DNA of 64,000 nucleotides from an uncultured virus (IMG/VR IMGVR_UViG_3300037418_000253) (lineage: Duplodnaviria; Heunggongvirae; Uroviricota; Caudoviricetes): IMG/VR virus record IMGVR_UViG_3300037418_000253; one strand, written 5' to 3'. Numbering within the stretch: position 1 is the first letter of the stretch; the number at the start of each line of letters is the position of its first letter. Made by a program: the position numbers and the translations under genes. This document shows, one piece after another, positions 22,641-33,136 of the stretch. The notes below the pieces were generated by a model that was given only the letters and a program-made list of their open reading frames with translations, was not told the DNA's origin and made no database searches.

Positions 22641-25600
22641 TCATCGACCGATTACTTCCCGCAAGAACACGGTTCCATCCTCGGTGTGACCAAACTCGGC
22701 CTCTACGGTCGAGCCTTCCTTACAGAACCCATATGCCTTATGGAACATCTGGGGGAATGCAAGGACGCGAGTCAGATTCTTCTCTGCATCGCTCAAGACG
22801 AGATACGCCATATTCTTTCCAGCCTTCGTCTTGTGCGACTGGAAAGCGACCACCCGGTAAAAGCCCTCGGTCAGGTCCCGGTAAGACTTGGTGAACAGAT
22901 GCCTGACGAACGTATTCGTGCTGCCCCTGGTCAGCTCATCCACCGTGACATATCGAGCGACCCGGTTATCGGCTACCAGCATAGCATACATAGCCCCGGC
23001 TTCGATAGGCGTATTCTCCGTGTGGAAAATACCCGCCGTTCCGGTCTCGTCAACAACCTCAATTCGAGACCAGCCCTGACCGCGCTTAATTCCCTTCACC
23101 ATTCCGAGGACCGCAAAGCATCCCGTCTCCTCGAACTCATCCAGCGTGCGGAACTGAGCCTTGACACCCGGAGGAATATCCGGAGTCTCGAACGCGGGAA
23201 TGTTCAGGTACTCGTAGAAGTTATTCCTCTCATCCCCACGCTTCGGGTTGTCCGCGAAGGTCGCCGCGCCTACAGCGTTGAGAGCCGCAAGAACACGGGT
23301 CGAAAGGCCGTTGCCCTTCTCCATGACCTTTTCCTTGAGTGCTTCGTAATTCGCGAACGGACGCGCCTCAATCAGCCTGCCTCCGAGGTTGTCGGAGATG
23401 AACTTGATATTCGACAGACCGAACCGAATAGCGTTGTCCTGAATGGTGAAGTCGAGACCAGACGAATTGACGTGCGGCAACTTCACCGGAACGCCCAGAC
23501 GCTTAGCCTCAATCAGATACTCGGTACGAGCATCCTTGTCGCCCTCGTTCTTGAGCATGGCGTACATGAACTCCAGCGGGTAGTACCGCTTGAGCCAAGC
23601 TGTCCAGTACGACAGCATCGAGTATGCCACGGCGTGTGACTTATTGAACGAATAACCGGCGTGAGCCTCAAAGTCGTGCCACAATTTCTCGGCAATCGAC
23701 GGAGAAACCTTCTTGCTGGCACCCTCAATGAATTCCGCACGGTACTGCTCGAACTCGGTAACGTCCTTCTTCTTACCGATAATCTTACGGACCTTATCGG
23801 CAGTCGCCATCGACATTCCGGCCAGTTCGGTCATGGCAAGCATAACCTGCTCCTGATACAGAATCTCTCCGTACGTCTCCTCGGTGAAGGACCGCATATC
23901 CTCATGGGCAAAGGTAACCGTGGACTCACCGTTCTTACGAGCGATGTACTCGGCACCAATGGTATTCATTGCACCCGGACGAACCAGAGCGTTAGACGCT
24001 GACAGCTCGGCAAATGAATGAACCCCTCCCATTTTGAGAATCAGGTTCGTGTAAGGCACAGCCTCACACTGGAAGACGCCCTTAGTGTAACCCTCGGAAA
24101 GCATCTTGTAGACGTTCTTGTCCTCAAGGTCAATCTCCTGCAACGTGATATCCCGGTTGTGCCGCTCCTTAACCATCTCCAGAGCGTCATCAATAACCGA
24201 GAGACACTTAAGTCCCAGGGCATCCAACTTAATCAGACCAAGGTCAGCCGCCTCATTCATGTCCATAGCGACAAGAGGAAGACGGACACCGCTCGGGTCG
24301 TTCGGGTCCTTCGCGGTCTCGATAGGAGCGTACTTGGCAATAGGCTCCTTGGCAATAACCACACCGGCCGCGTGCATACCCGTATTACGAATCCGGCCGC
24401 GAAGCTGGTCAGCCAACTTCTCAACCTCCGGGTACTTCTCCCGGAACTCCTTGGTGCTTTCCGAAGTCTGGAACTCCTCGAACGTCGTAACGCTCTTGAG
24501 AGCCTTATTCACCTCGGCAATCGGAATTCGGTAAACCCGCGCTGCATCTCGGACAACACCCTTATCCTTGAAGTAACCGAAGGTAGCAATAGAAGCCACA
24601 TGGGTGAACTTCCGGCGAAGATAATCCTTCACCTCGCCACGACGACGGTCCTCAAAGTCGGTGTCAATATCCGGGAAGTCGTTACGCTCGGGGTTGATAA
24701 AGCGGAAGAACAGCAGGCCATACTTAATCGGGTCAACGTCGGTAATTCCCAGCGCGTAGTTCACAAGGGAACCAGCACCAGAACCACGGCCCGGCCCAAC
24801 CAGAATACCCTGGTCCTTGGACCACTTAATCATATTCGCAACGACAAGGAAGTACGTGGAGAACTGCTTGTTCTTGATAATCTCCAGTTCCTCTTCGAGA
24901 CGTGCGACATACTCAGGGTTCTTATCGAATCCGCGAGTACGCAGACCCGCCCGCGCCTTCTTCTCCAGAAGGTCATCAGGGTTACCGTTCTTCGGCTTGG
25001 GCAGCAGGTCGAGACCCTGGTGGAACGGATAATCCTCAATCGACTGAGCGATTAGCTCGGTGTTCTTGACGATATCGTCCCGGTCAAATCCCTGAGCCTT
25101 GAACGCATTCAACTGCTCCTGAGCGGACCTGAGGTAAATCTCAATCTGCTCAAAAGTCATCGTGCGGTCGGGGTACAGGTAGTTAAACCGTTCAAGAATA
25201 TCCATCTTCTGAGACTTCTTGAGGTCGATGTTCTTCTCGAACTTCGGGTTGGTGGAGAGAATAAGCATCGCCTCTTCAATCCACAGGTCTTCCTTGCGAG
25301 CGTAGTGACAGTCAGACGTAACCACCGGCTTGATGTGCAACTTGTCGGCAATCGCCAACAGAGCTGTATTCATCTCCACCGGGTTATGCGCCTGGACCTC
25401 CATAAAGAAGCCGTCACCAAGAATGCTCTGGAATCGCTCGGCAATCCGAATAGCCTCTTCGGCATTACCCGCCTCAATCGCCTTACAAATCATGGAGTTG
25501 AGGCAGCCCGAAAGGACGATAAGTCCATCGTTGTGCTGCTCAAGCGCGTCCATGTCGATACGAGGCTTATTGTAGAAACCCTCGGTCCACGCAATCTCGT

Positions 25601-25928
25601 TAAGCGCGTTAAGCGTCTTGAGACCCGTCTCATTCTGCGCGAGGATAATCAGATGGTTGTAGGTGTTGGTGCCATCGGTGCGCTTGTTCTTCGCTCGCTT
25701 GTCAAAGCGGTCGGTGGGAGAGATATACGCTTCCACACCAAGAATCGGAACAATGCCCGCTTCCTTGGCAGCCTTCTGGAATTCACGGTGGCCACCCAGA
25801 GTACCGTGGTTCGTCTGAGCAAGGTGAGTCATGCCAAGCTCCTTGGCACGCTTCATATATTCGCTCGGGGAATTCAGACCATCAAGGGTCGAATAATAGT
25901 CATGCAGGTGCAACTCTGTGTACGGCAA
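22641..25928 (-). CDS. dnaE: DNA polymerase III alpha subunit (DnaE-like)
   Basis: PHP domain (HLH...SxLDG), GRGSGAGSLV, PDIDTD, HAAG, YSFNKSH. Confidence 0.97.
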   Translation of the reverse strand: MPYTELHLHDYYSTLDGLNSPSEYMKRAKELGMTHLAQTNHGTLGGHREFQKAAKEAGIVPILGVEAYISPTDRFDKRAKNKRTDGTNTYNHLIILAQNETGLKTLNALNEIAWTEGFYNKPRIDMDALEQHNDGLIVLSGCLNSMICKAIEAGNAEEAIRIAERFQSILGDGFFMEVQAHNPVEMNTALLAIADKLHIKPVVTSDCHYARKEDLWIEEAMLILSTNPKFEKNIDLKKSQKMDILERFNYLYPDRTMTFEQIEIYLRSAQEQLNAFKAQGFDRDDIVKNTELIAQSIEDYPFHQGLDLLPKPKNGNPDDLLEKKARAGLRTRGFDKNPEYVARLEEELEIIKNKQFSTYFLVVANMIKWSKDQGILVGPGRGSGAGSLVNYALGITDVDPIKYGLLFFRFINPERNDFPDIDTDFEDRRRGEVKDYLRRKFTHVASIATFGYFKDKGVVRDAARVYRIPIAEVNKALKSVTTFEEFQTSESTKEFREKYPEVEKLADQLRGRIRNTGMHAAGVVIAKEPIAKYAPIETAKDPNDPSGVRLPLVAMDMNEAADLGLIKLDALGLKCLSVIDDALEMVKERHNRDITLQEIDLEDKNVYKMLSEGYTKGVFQCEAVPYTNLILKMGGVHSFAELSASNALVRPGAMNTIGAEYIARKNGESTVTFAHEDMRSFTEETYGEILYQEQVMLAMTELAGMSMATADKVRKIIGKKKDVTEFEQYRAEFIEGASKKVSPSIAEKLWHDFEAHAGYSFNKSHAVAYSMLSYWTAWLKRYYPLEFMYAMLKNEGDKDARTEYLIEAKRLGVPVKLPHVNSSGLDFTIQDNAIRFGLSNIKFISDNLGGRLIEARPFANYEALKEKVMEKGNGLSTRVLAALNAVGAATFADNPKRGDERNNFYEYLNIPAFETPDIPPGVKAQFRTLDEFEETGCFAVLGMVKGIKRGQGWSRIEVVDETGTAGIFHTENTPIEAGAMYAMLVADNRVARYVTVDELTRGSTNTFVRHLFTKSYRDLTEGFYRVVAFQSHKTKAGKNMAYLVLSDAEKNLTRVLAFPQMFHKAYGFCKEGSTVEAEFGHTEDGTVFLREVIGR

Positions 25929-25982
25929 GCCTTTTCTCCTTAAAAGTAGGAAGCCCCCGGTTATAGGCTCGTCGGGGGGCTT

Positions 25983-26282
25983 CTAGTTCTTATTCATTCT
26001 CTTAGCGACAACGTATCGCTCGGTGACCAGACGCAAAGAAACCCGGCGATTCGCTCGGTGCGTCTGGTGGACTATCCGATGGCAAGTTTGGCACAGACCG
26101 GTGAGGTCTGTCAAAAGCTCCCTGCGGAAGCGCTCATAGGTTTTGTGGTGGACCTGCAAATTCTTCCTGGACCCACACGCCTGGCACTTTTTACCGTACG
26201 TCGTCCAATAACGCTTACACACGAGCTTCCACTTGGGGCTCCGTATGTAGCTGGTGTACTCTTCCGTAAATTCGAAGGACAT
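25983..26282 (-). CDS. HNH endonuclease
   Basis: CQACG...QVHHKTY...LCQTCH. Confidence 0.85.
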   Translation of the reverse strand: MSFEFTEEYTSYIRSPKWKLVCKRYWTTYGKKCQACGSRKNLQVHHKTYERFRRELLTDLTGLCQTCHRIVHQTHRANRRVSLRLVTERYVVAKRMNKN

Positions 26283-26345
26283 AATAAGCTTATGATAGCA
26301 GAAAGGGCCACCCGGTGTCCAGGTGGCCCTCGCCGCTAAATCATC

Positions 26346-27086
26346 TTACCACTCGTCGTTGTCGTCAGCCGCAGCCGAACGGGCGGGAGCAGAGTCGGAA
26401 GAACTCTCACGCGCGGTGAATCCACCGTGAGCCTTGCCGTAAAATTCAGCCTGGTCCTCGAAAGGAATGTCCTTAAGAACCTCGTTCTCCAGGTCCCACA
26501 GCTCAGCAGAGCTGTCGTCCAGCGGCTCACCCTTGAGGCGCTTAAGAAGCCACTGAGTAGTAGTGCCGTCACCAGTCTTGGTGATTCGGTAGTTCGCATC
26601 GGTGATGGAGCCCTCGTCAACAGCCTCCTGAATAAGGGACTGGACGAAAGAGGAGTTAGCGTTCTTGGAGAGAACAAAGACCTTCTTCTCGCCATCGACC
26701 TCAACCAGAACGTTAATGTAAAGGTTCTGCTTCGGCCTCCAGCCGCCCTTGTAGTTCTCCTTGTGCTTGGCACAGGCGTAGCACTCACCGTCGTCAGCCG
26801 CAGTGCAGAGGGCCTTGTACATAAAGCCCTTCTTAGGAGCCTCGGTCTCCTTCGACTCCGCACCTGCCTCGTGCTCTACGGCGATAAGGCCAATGCCTCG
26901 GTCCTCGCGGTAGTTATCCATGTCGGGGTCAAGCTCCTGGAGGAACCGAACCACAACCTCATTCCCGACAACCTTCGGGAACACCCGGTAAAGAAACTCC
27001 GGGAACTTCTTTCCACCAGCCGCAGCCTTTTCCTGCTGCTCAGCCTGGTGCTTCTTGATGGACGCGAGTCCCTTAACAACTGCCAT
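26346..27086 (-). CDS. single-stranded DNA-binding protein (gp32-like)
   Basis: VRFL, Cys cluster, YINVLV, acidic C-terminal tail DDNDEW; position in the replication module. Confidence 0.7.
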   Translation of the reverse strand: MAVVKGLASIKKHQAEQQEKAAAGGKKFPEFLYRVFPKVVGNEVVVRFLQELDPDMDNYREDRGIGLIAVEHEAGAESKETEAPKKGFMYKALCTAADDGECYACAKHKENYKGGWRPKQNLYINVLVEVDGEKKVFVLSKNANSSFVQSLIQEAVDEGSITDANYRITKTGDGTTTQWLLKRLKGEPLDDSSAELWDLENEVLKDIPFEDQAEFYGKAHGGFTARESSSDSAPARSAAADDNDEW

Positions 27087-27204
27087 TTTTTATAATCTCC
27101 TAGTAAGTTATTCGAGGCTTCTTTAGTCGAGCCTGCTTATACTACCATTGTACCACTGACTGTTGGAGTCAGCAAGCTTGGGGAGGATTATTTCCTCCCC
27201 CTTC

Positions 27205-28287
27205 TCAGTAGAGCTGCCAACCTTCGTAGGTGAAGTTACTGACCGCGTTCCTGAGGCACTGACGGATTTCTTCGTCCGTCATGTCTCCAGCGTCCTTCGC
27301 ATTGTGAGGGTAGATTACCTTCTCGTCATACGATGCCCAGAGGATTTTCTTTCGGTGCAAACCCGCCGCAATTGTAGCACCAAGGTCTCGACCAGGATTA
27401 TGGCCAGCACACAGGTTCAGCCCGCGCTTCTTGCACTTCCGACAACCAGTGTACATGTGCTTTTCCTTCTTGTCGAAGTCCGTCATGATGACGATAGTCG
27501 AGAAATACTTATCAAGAAGGTCGAAGTGGTACGGGCTAAAGTTACCGCCTAGACAGGCTACCACATTCTCGTACCCGGCCTGGTGAATCCGCATCGCATC
27601 GAACGACGCTTCGCAGATAATCACTGTATCACCTGTCCGCTTAGCTCGGTGCAGGTTCCACAGCGTCTTGCTGGTAGGCAGACCCTTGGAGTTCTTGAAG
27701 AACTTGTTGTCAGGGTCGGCAGGGCGACCAATTACACCGACTGGCATTCCCTTGGGGTCGTGCATCGGCACGGCGATAATCTCTCGCTTGAGAGAAAAAC
27801 CTACCTTGAAGTACCGCAGGGTCTCCTCGGTAAACCCGCGCTTTTCCAGCATATAGTCTACGGGCTCGTTGTACTTCCAAAAATCCTCGTACATGCGGTC
27901 GAGCGTGCTTTGAGGAAATTCTACAAAATCGACAACCGGCGACAGAGCCGCCTTCAACTTGTCTTCGAATGCTTGCTGAGTTTCGCTTGCCTTTTTGAGG
28001 ACAAGACGACGAGCCTCAAACTCGTTGCGGCTCGTCTTCCTCTTCACCAGCTCAATCAGTGTACCAGTTGCGCCACACGAGTGATTGAAACAAATATAGG
28101 CACCGTTGGTCTTTGAAACGCTGAACGACGGACTGTGCCTATTTCCGTGGAAAGGACAGAAACACAGGAAGTCGTTTGTCGTCTCGCCCTCAACCTCTAC
28201 TCCGCAGGCTCCGAGGGTGGCTTCGACTTGGTTCGGGGTGTAAGTCTCTTTATCTCTCGACCCGCCGAAATCCCCTCTACCTCCCAT
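27205..28287 (-). CDS. dnaG: DNA primase
   Basis: CPFH...C zinc finger; TOPRIM EASFD and DFD. Confidence 0.9.
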   Translation of the reverse strand: MGGRGDFGGSRDKETYTPNQVEATLGACGVEVEGETTNDFLCFCPFHGNRHSPSFSVSKTNGAYICFNHSCGATGTLIELVKRKTSRNEFEARRLVLKKASETQQAFEDKLKAALSPVVDFVEFPQSTLDRMYEDFWKYNEPVDYMLEKRGFTEETLRYFKVGFSLKREIIAVPMHDPKGMPVGVIGRPADPDNKFFKNSKGLPTSKTLWNLHRAKRTGDTVIICEASFDAMRIHQAGYENVVACLGGNFSPYHFDLLDKYFSTIVIMTDFDKKEKHMYTGCRKCKKRGLNLCAGHNPGRDLGATIAAGLHRKKILWASYDEKVIYPHNAKDAGDMTDEEIRQCLRNAVSNFTYEGWQLY

Positions 28288-28517
28288 GAACGCCTCCTCC
28301 CAAGATAAACTCCATAAACGGAGAGAACGAAATCGTATTCGCCCTCTTCCTTGCGATAGCTGGTAGACCAATAGGGACCAAGGTCTAGTACAGGTACGTA
28401 GCCTTGGTCTCTCATGTTGGTGATGATTAGTGTTTCGTAATGAGAACGGAGGCGGGCAAAGTCGGCATCGTCGCCAACCCTGCCCTCCATCGCAAATCTC
28501 TTAATCGTCTTGTGCAT
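28197..28517 (-). CDS. hypothetical protein (106 aa)
   Basis: ORF track; lies between helicase and primase. Confidence 0.7.
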   Translation of the reverse strand: MHKTIKRFAMEGRVGDDADFARLRSHYETLIITNMRDQGYVPVLDLGPYWSTSYRKEEGEYDFVLSVYGVYLGRRRSWEVEGISAGREIKRLTPRTKSKPPSEPAE

Positions 28518-28520
28518 GTC

Positions 28521-29741
28521 TCAAAGGTCGAACTTCTCCTTGATGATACCACGGTCGATATCCCAGTCTAGGAAGAAGTCGAACATGCCGCCGTGCCGGT
28601 TCTTCCGGCAGACAATCTCAACGAGGCCGGAATCGTCGTTCTTATGCACAGCAAAGGCCATGTCGCTATCGTACTCGATAGCCTTGGACCAGGCAACCTG
28701 ACTCATCATCGGAGGTGAATCCCGGTCGGAAACATCGCTCTGGGTCGCAGCCGTAATATCGATAAGCGGGATATTGTTGGTCACCGCGAGCATCTTGAAC
28801 TCACGGGAAACCGCCATTCCTCGCTCGGTCGGGCTATTCGACTTACCGTTGTTTTGGAACAACTGGTGATAGTCACAGATGACCAAATCAGGCTTGTGCT
28901 GGTCAATCTTGGCCTGAACCGTGTTCGGAGTCACATCAGCAACTCCCTCATTAGATACTACCACGAAGCCGCCCTTATTGTCGAACCGACGCTTACCCCA
29001 AGCATGGAAGTCGTCAATGTTCACATCACCACGGGCGAAGTCGGAAGCTCGGAACAGACCCGAGCCCATCATCGTGTAAATACGGTCGCGCATATTCTCC
29101 GGACTCATTTCCAGAGAGACAATCATCGGCTTGAAGCCCTGCTCCCACGCCTTGCACGCAAGGAGGGAGGTGAACCACGTCTTAGCCTTACCGGGCCAAC
29201 CAATGACCGTAATCATGTGGCCCGGAGCCATACCGGTCGGATAAACCGAGTCGATAGACTTAAACGTAGTCGGAATACCCGGCGAACCGTTGGCAGCGCT
29301 ACGCTCCTTGACCGCTCGAATATGCTGCTCGGCATTCTCGAAGTCGGTAATGTCAACGTCACGAACGTTGTTGGTGAACCGCCCCAGCTTAGCCAGGGCC
29401 GTGTTCATCTTCTCCAGGACTCGTCCGGGAGCCTCACCGTCACGCTGAGCCTCAGCCGCCTTGAGCATAATCTGCTCCATGCGGGACTTGAGGAATTCAT
29501 TCTTGAGTTCGTCCACGTAATAGGCAGTCTCGGCCTTTACGTCAATCTTGTCCAGGTCACCGTACTTATCCTGGAGAACTCCAAAATCCGGAACCGCGTG
29601 GAACTTGTCGTAGTAGTTCTTAAGCCCCTTCCACACGTCAGCGTAAGCCGAGAAGAGGTCGTCCACGTTATCCGCGTACAGGACCGAAATGTCCTTGTTG
29701 GCACAAACCGCGTTGATAACCTTGAGTTCAGTATTAGCCAT
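28521..29741 (-). CDS. dnaB: DnaB-like replicative helicase
   Basis: GWPGKAKT Walker A, SLEM, DYHQL, IEYDSD, KNRHG. Confidence 0.92.
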   Translation of the reverse strand: MANTELKVINAVCANKDISVLYADNVDDLFSAYADVWKGLKNYYDKFHAVPDFGVLQDKYGDLDKIDVKAETAYYVDELKNEFLKSRMEQIMLKAAEAQRDGEAPGRVLEKMNTALAKLGRFTNNVRDVDITDFENAEQHIRAVKERSAANGSPGIPTTFKSIDSVYPTGMAPGHMITVIGWPGKAKTWFTSLLACKAWEQGFKPMIVSLEMSPENMRDRIYTMMGSGLFRASDFARGDVNIDDFHAWGKRRFDNKGGFVVVSNEGVADVTPNTVQAKIDQHKPDLVICDYHQLFQNNGKSNSPTERGMAVSREFKMLAVTNNIPLIDITAATQSDVSDRDSPPMMSQVAWSKAIEYDSDMAFAVHKNDDSGLVEIVCRKNRHGGMFDFFLDWDIDRGIIKEKFDL

Positions 29742-30075
29742 TCTTCTCTTCCATCTCCCTTACCCGCTGTGCGGTCTGCGCTCGCAGCTCCGCGCGCTTC
29801 AACTCATCCTGCTTCTTTTCTTCCATGAACTGGTGAATCTTGTCGTAGTTCTGGAGAAGGAAATTAACCGGGTGTCCTTGCTTCCCGGTCTTGAAGTAAT
29901 ACTCAACCGTATCCCGTGCCTCACTGTATGTGAGGTCAGCGACCATATCCATGAAGCCCCACTTCTCGCGAAAGCGATTAACCTGAGGCTTACGGTTGTA
30001 CTTCTTGGTAAAACACTGCTCATAAAGACTAATGAGTGCGTACGCCTGCTTCGCTTCTGCGTTCTGTGAGGCCAT
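29734..30075 (-). CDS. hypothetical protein (possible helicase-associated)
   Basis: ORF track; overlaps the dnaB start. Confidence 0.7.
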   Translation of the reverse strand: MASQNAEAKQAYALISLYEQCFTKKYNRKPQVNRFREKWGFMDMVADLTYSEARDTVEYYFKTGKQGHPVNFLLQNYDKIHQFMEEKKQDELKRAELRAQTAQRVREMEEKNG

Positions 30076-30078
30076 GTC

Positions 30079-30318
30079 TTACTTCCTTACCTTACCCTTC
30101 TTGACCGCGCGGACCTCTTCCTCAACCTCGGAAAGGTGAGCCATTAGACGGTCCTCAACAAACTTGTATGCCTTGTCGAAGGTCGGGTTCGGGTTACCGT
30201 AGCCGTCCAGCTCAAGACCAATGTCCATGCGCAGCGACTCGAAGTCGCCCATGTTTCGAGTATAACCCAGGTTCACCTTGATACGGTGCGGGGTACCCTT
30301 GGGCTCAACAACCTCATG
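30079..30318 (-). CDS. hypothetical protein (VNLGYTRNMGDFES)
   Basis: ATG with SD GAGGAG. Confidence 0.75.
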   Translation of the reverse strand, partial: HEVVEPKGTPHRIKVNLGYTRNMGDFESLRMDIGLELDGYGNPNPTFDKAYKFVEDRLMAHLSEVEEEVRAVKKGKVRK

Positions 30319-30652
30319 CATCTTCGTTCTCCTCTTCATTAGTGTCTGCCTCCACGATAATATCCGGCGTTATCTCAACCGGTACCGGGGCAGGTCTGCA
30401 AAATCCAAAAGGCGGCTTGTCTGTATTAGGTGCAGGCTCGTTCTCGTCATCGGAATCAAAGCCTGTCGCAAGCCGCTCAGCCATGCCAATCCACATAGCC
30501 GCGCCATCGAGCAACTTCTCGATGCTTCCTGATTGTACGGCAAGATAAACGGCCATGTCAATGGCCCCTGCCGCCTGGAGAAGCGCAACCTCTGCATTCA
30601 GTTCGTTACCAAAGGTCTCGAACTGGGGTGCCTTCTTAATCCTAATCGTCAC
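30314..30652 (-). CDS. hypothetical protein (112 aa)
   Basis: ORF track; operonic overlaps. Confidence 0.7.
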   Translation of the reverse strand: MTIRIKKAPQFETFGNELNAEVALLQAAGAIDMAVYLAVQSGSIEKLLDGAAMWIGMAERLATGFDSDDENEPAPNTDKPPFGFCRPAPVPVEITPDIIVEADTNEEENEDA

Positions 30653-31179
30653 CAGTTAATTTCTTTCCATACGGGGGTATACGTGCCATCAGCAGACCTG
30701 ATATACACGGTTGTGTCATGCTGCATCATCGCTCTTAGCTCCGCACGGGAGGGCATACGCCCAGGCGTAATCTTGCCATCCTTGCGGGGCCGACCAATAT
30801 GAACAGTCAGCAGATAATCGTGAAGTTCGAATACATCCTTCTCGGAGAACATATACTTACCCGGTGTTTTCTTGCCGTCGAGCGTATAGATTCTCTCAGG
30901 GGCTCGAATCTTGCCCTCCAGAATGTATTTCTCGATGTTAACACGATGGCGGTTAATCATCTGACCAACCTGCCGCATCGTAAACGCCTTTTCCAGACGC
31001 CTCCGCGCATCAGACCAAACGTAGGCTCGTCGCTTACCGTCCTTGAAATGCCAGGTAACCACAAGGTCCTGAGCACGATTAATGCTCAGGACCCTGTGCA
31101 AATCACCGTTAAGGTAGAAATACCTTAGGCGACGATTACGCTTGCGAGCGCGTGTTCCTTCTCCCTCTTTAGAACCCAT
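30649..31179 (-). CDS. putative HTH DNA-binding protein
   Basis: FTMRQVGQMINRH MerR-like HTH pattern. Confidence 0.6.
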   Translation of the reverse strand: MGSKEGEGTRARKRNRRLRYFYLNGDLHRVLSINRAQDLVVTWHFKDGKRRAYVWSDARRRLEKAFTMRQVGQMINRHRVNIEKYILEGKIRAPERIYTLDGKKTPGKYMFSEKDVFELHDYLLTVHIGRPRKDGKITPGRMPSRAELRAMMQHDTTVYIRSADGTYTPVWKEINW

Positions 31180-31310
31180 GCTGCAAACTTACTCTTCCTT
31201 GAATCTAGCATCCAGCGCACTCCGCACTTGACGCAAAAAAGCTCGACCCTCGATGAATCAGAGTAAACCCTGTCCACAAAGACCCGGCCGGAACACTTCT
31301 TACAGTACAC
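31125..31310 (-). CDS. small Zn-ribbon protein (CKKC...CVKC)
   Basis: GTG start with SD GGAG; two CxxC motifs. Confidence 0.65.
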   Translation of the reverse strand: MYCKKCSGRVFVDRVYSDSSRVELFCVKCGVRWMLDSRKSKFAAWVLKREKEHALASVIVA

Positions 31311-31557
31311 GGCTGTCTCCGGTGTACGTAACATTCTTGACCGCAGAAGCGGTACCAGTGACGCCTGCCTTGTATGATACCAAGGATAGCAGAACAGAAG
31401 CTACCGCAGCTCCACCACCAACGCCGAGGGCATCGGACCAATTGACGTTGAATAGATTAAACGCCTTGTCGCCTACGACCCAGACGGATAGTAGCGCAGA
31501 CGCAAAAGCCTTCACGGCACGCTCAGCAGCATCCTTAGCGAATACCTTTGAGAACAA
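31300..31557 (-). CDS. holin (r1t-like)
   Basis: ERAVKAFA motif and two TM segments; SD AGGAGG. Confidence 0.75.
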   Translation of the reverse strand: MFSKVFAKDAAERAVKAFASALLSVWVVGDKAFNLFNVNWSDALGVGGGAAVASVLLSLVSYKAGVTGTASAVKNVTYTGDSRVL

Positions 31558-31614
31558 TTTTAACCTCCTTACAAGCTAAACTACTCTAATTATAGCAGAG
31601 TAGTTAGTCAAGGG

Positions 31615-32439
31615 CTAACCCTTGAAAATCCGCCCATCAACCACACACACGTAGTCTGGCGAAACAGGAACGAACTGGAGGGAGGCCACCCCATCGACCA
31701 CATGGCCGATTCCGAAGCCCAGCTCCCAGGACGGATTGATAGTGTATCTCAGCCCATAAGCGCTCGGGTCACAGAGGTGACCGGTACCCAGACCCACCAG
31801 GGTGGTGTTGGTCATGGGATAAGACTTATAGACGATACCACCACGGTGGTCATGGCCACGAGCAAGAGAGATATTGTAATTCTCTATGTCTGCCTTTACT
31901 GCAAGACCTGTAGTTGTTGTCGTCGCTCCGTGGTGAACGTAAATCCCGCCGAATCGCTCCAGCGGCGGGAGGTCGTAATGCCGCCAGGTGATGCCGAGGT
32001 CATCCAGACCCCACAGCATATTTGGCGTCAGCTCCTCAACATAGTCCGGAGCCTTCTTGTCCATGTACTTAAAAATTCGAATGTCGTGGTTTCCCAGACT
32101 CGAATGAATGTCGGCAGACCCATGGTTGGTTCGCAGCTCGGTGTAGAACTCACGAGCACCCAGAGCATTTTCCCTCACGAACGGAAGCGGAGAAAGCCTA
32201 CGGCGAAACTCATCGTCCGACTCGCCCTCTTCCTGCTTACTCTTCTTGAGGCGACTAAAGAACTCGTCCGTGGTTCCATCGGAGAAACTGCTGTATTCCA
32301 ACTGGTCGTCAATGTCACCAACAATATCGATGGCATTGGGCTTCCAGGACTTCATCACCTTGAAAAAGAGTGCCACTGCACGCTTATCGTGATATGGAAT
32401 CTGTAGGTCTCCAACAAAGGCCCACTTCATGTCGCTCAA
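31615..32439 (-). CDS. calcineurin-like metallophosphoesterase
   Basis: GDLQ, GDIDD, GNHD, HG, GHDH motifs. Confidence 0.88.
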   Translation of the reverse strand: MSDMKWAFVGDLQIPYHDKRAVALFFKVMKSWKPNAIDIVGDIDDQLEYSSFSDGTTDEFFSRLKKSKQEEGESDDEFRRRLSPLPFVRENALGAREFYTELRTNHGSADIHSSLGNHDIRIFKYMDKKAPDYVEELTPNMLWGLDDLGITWRHYDLPPLERFGGIYVHHGATTTTTGLAVKADIENYNISLARGHDHRGGIVYKSYPMTNTTLVGLGTGHLCDPSAYGLRYTINPSWELGFGIGHVVDGVASLQFVPVSPDYVCVVDGRIFKG

Positions 32440-33116
32440 TGCTTTCCCTTCTTACCGAATAGGTCGTCGCTGAACTGCCTCCACTTCTTGGCCTCTGACT
32501 GTTCCGAATTCTTATACCCGACAGTGTATGCGCTATACAACGCTAGAAGACCTAGAAGTAGGCCCAGCAACAAAAAGCCAACGGAGAGTCCGATGGCTTG
32601 TGGAATAGTGATGGTTCTTATTTTATCAGGTTCATCAACCACTGCCTTCGGGGACGGTGTAACAGTTACGGTCGCCGTTGGATTAGAACCCGGCGTAATT
32701 TCGTCCGCCGAAGGAGTGGTTGATGGCTCAATCATACCACGAGCCACGTCCCTCTGTCCAGAAGGGCGCAAGGTTACGGTAGCTGTGGCAGTCGATGTGC
32801 TGCCGGGAACGGGAATCGTTACCGTCTTAGTTGGTCCTGGTACCGGAATGTTCACTGTTGGCCCTGGAATATGGACAATATCAGTTGGGCCTGGAACAGG
32901 AACCTCAACCCGGACCTCTCGAACCGGCGCGGTAATCCTCGCAATCTCTTGCCCAAGAAGGGTCACCACAACATCCTGACCTACCAACGAAACACAAACA
33001 GTGCCCAGCGTGGTAGATTCACAATCTTGGGCGTAAGCTTTGCTCGGAGAAACGAAAAGGGCTAGCACCATAATCGGCACTAGCCCCATCGCGATAAGCG
33101 CCTTTTTCATACTCAC
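32436..33116 (-). CDS. membrane-anchored Pro/Thr-rich protein
   Basis: Signal peptide, VPGPT repeats, C-terminal TM. Confidence 0.75.
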   Translation of the reverse strand: MSMKKALIAMGLVPIMVLALFVSPSKAYAQDCESTTLGTVCVSLVGQDVVVTLLGQEIARITAPVREVRVEVPVPGPTDIVHIPGPTVNIPVPGPTKTVTIPVPGSTSTATATVTLRPSGQRDVARGMIEPSTTPSADEITPGSNPTATVTVTPSPKAVVDEPDKIRTITIPQAIGLSVGFLLLGLLLGLLALYSAYTVGYKNSEQSEAKKWRQFSDDLFGKKGKH

Positions 33117-33136
33117 TCAAGTATATCGTAGAACGT

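Noticed and set aside
22641..25928. Intein or intron in DnaE (also considered for terminase, helicase, RecA)
   Set aside because: Lengths are normal and no intein splice motifs or frame breaks were seen.
31588..31611. TTGACT...TATAAT promoter upstream of holin
   Set aside because: The spacer is only 11 nt; at most an extended -10 promoter, so it was not listed.
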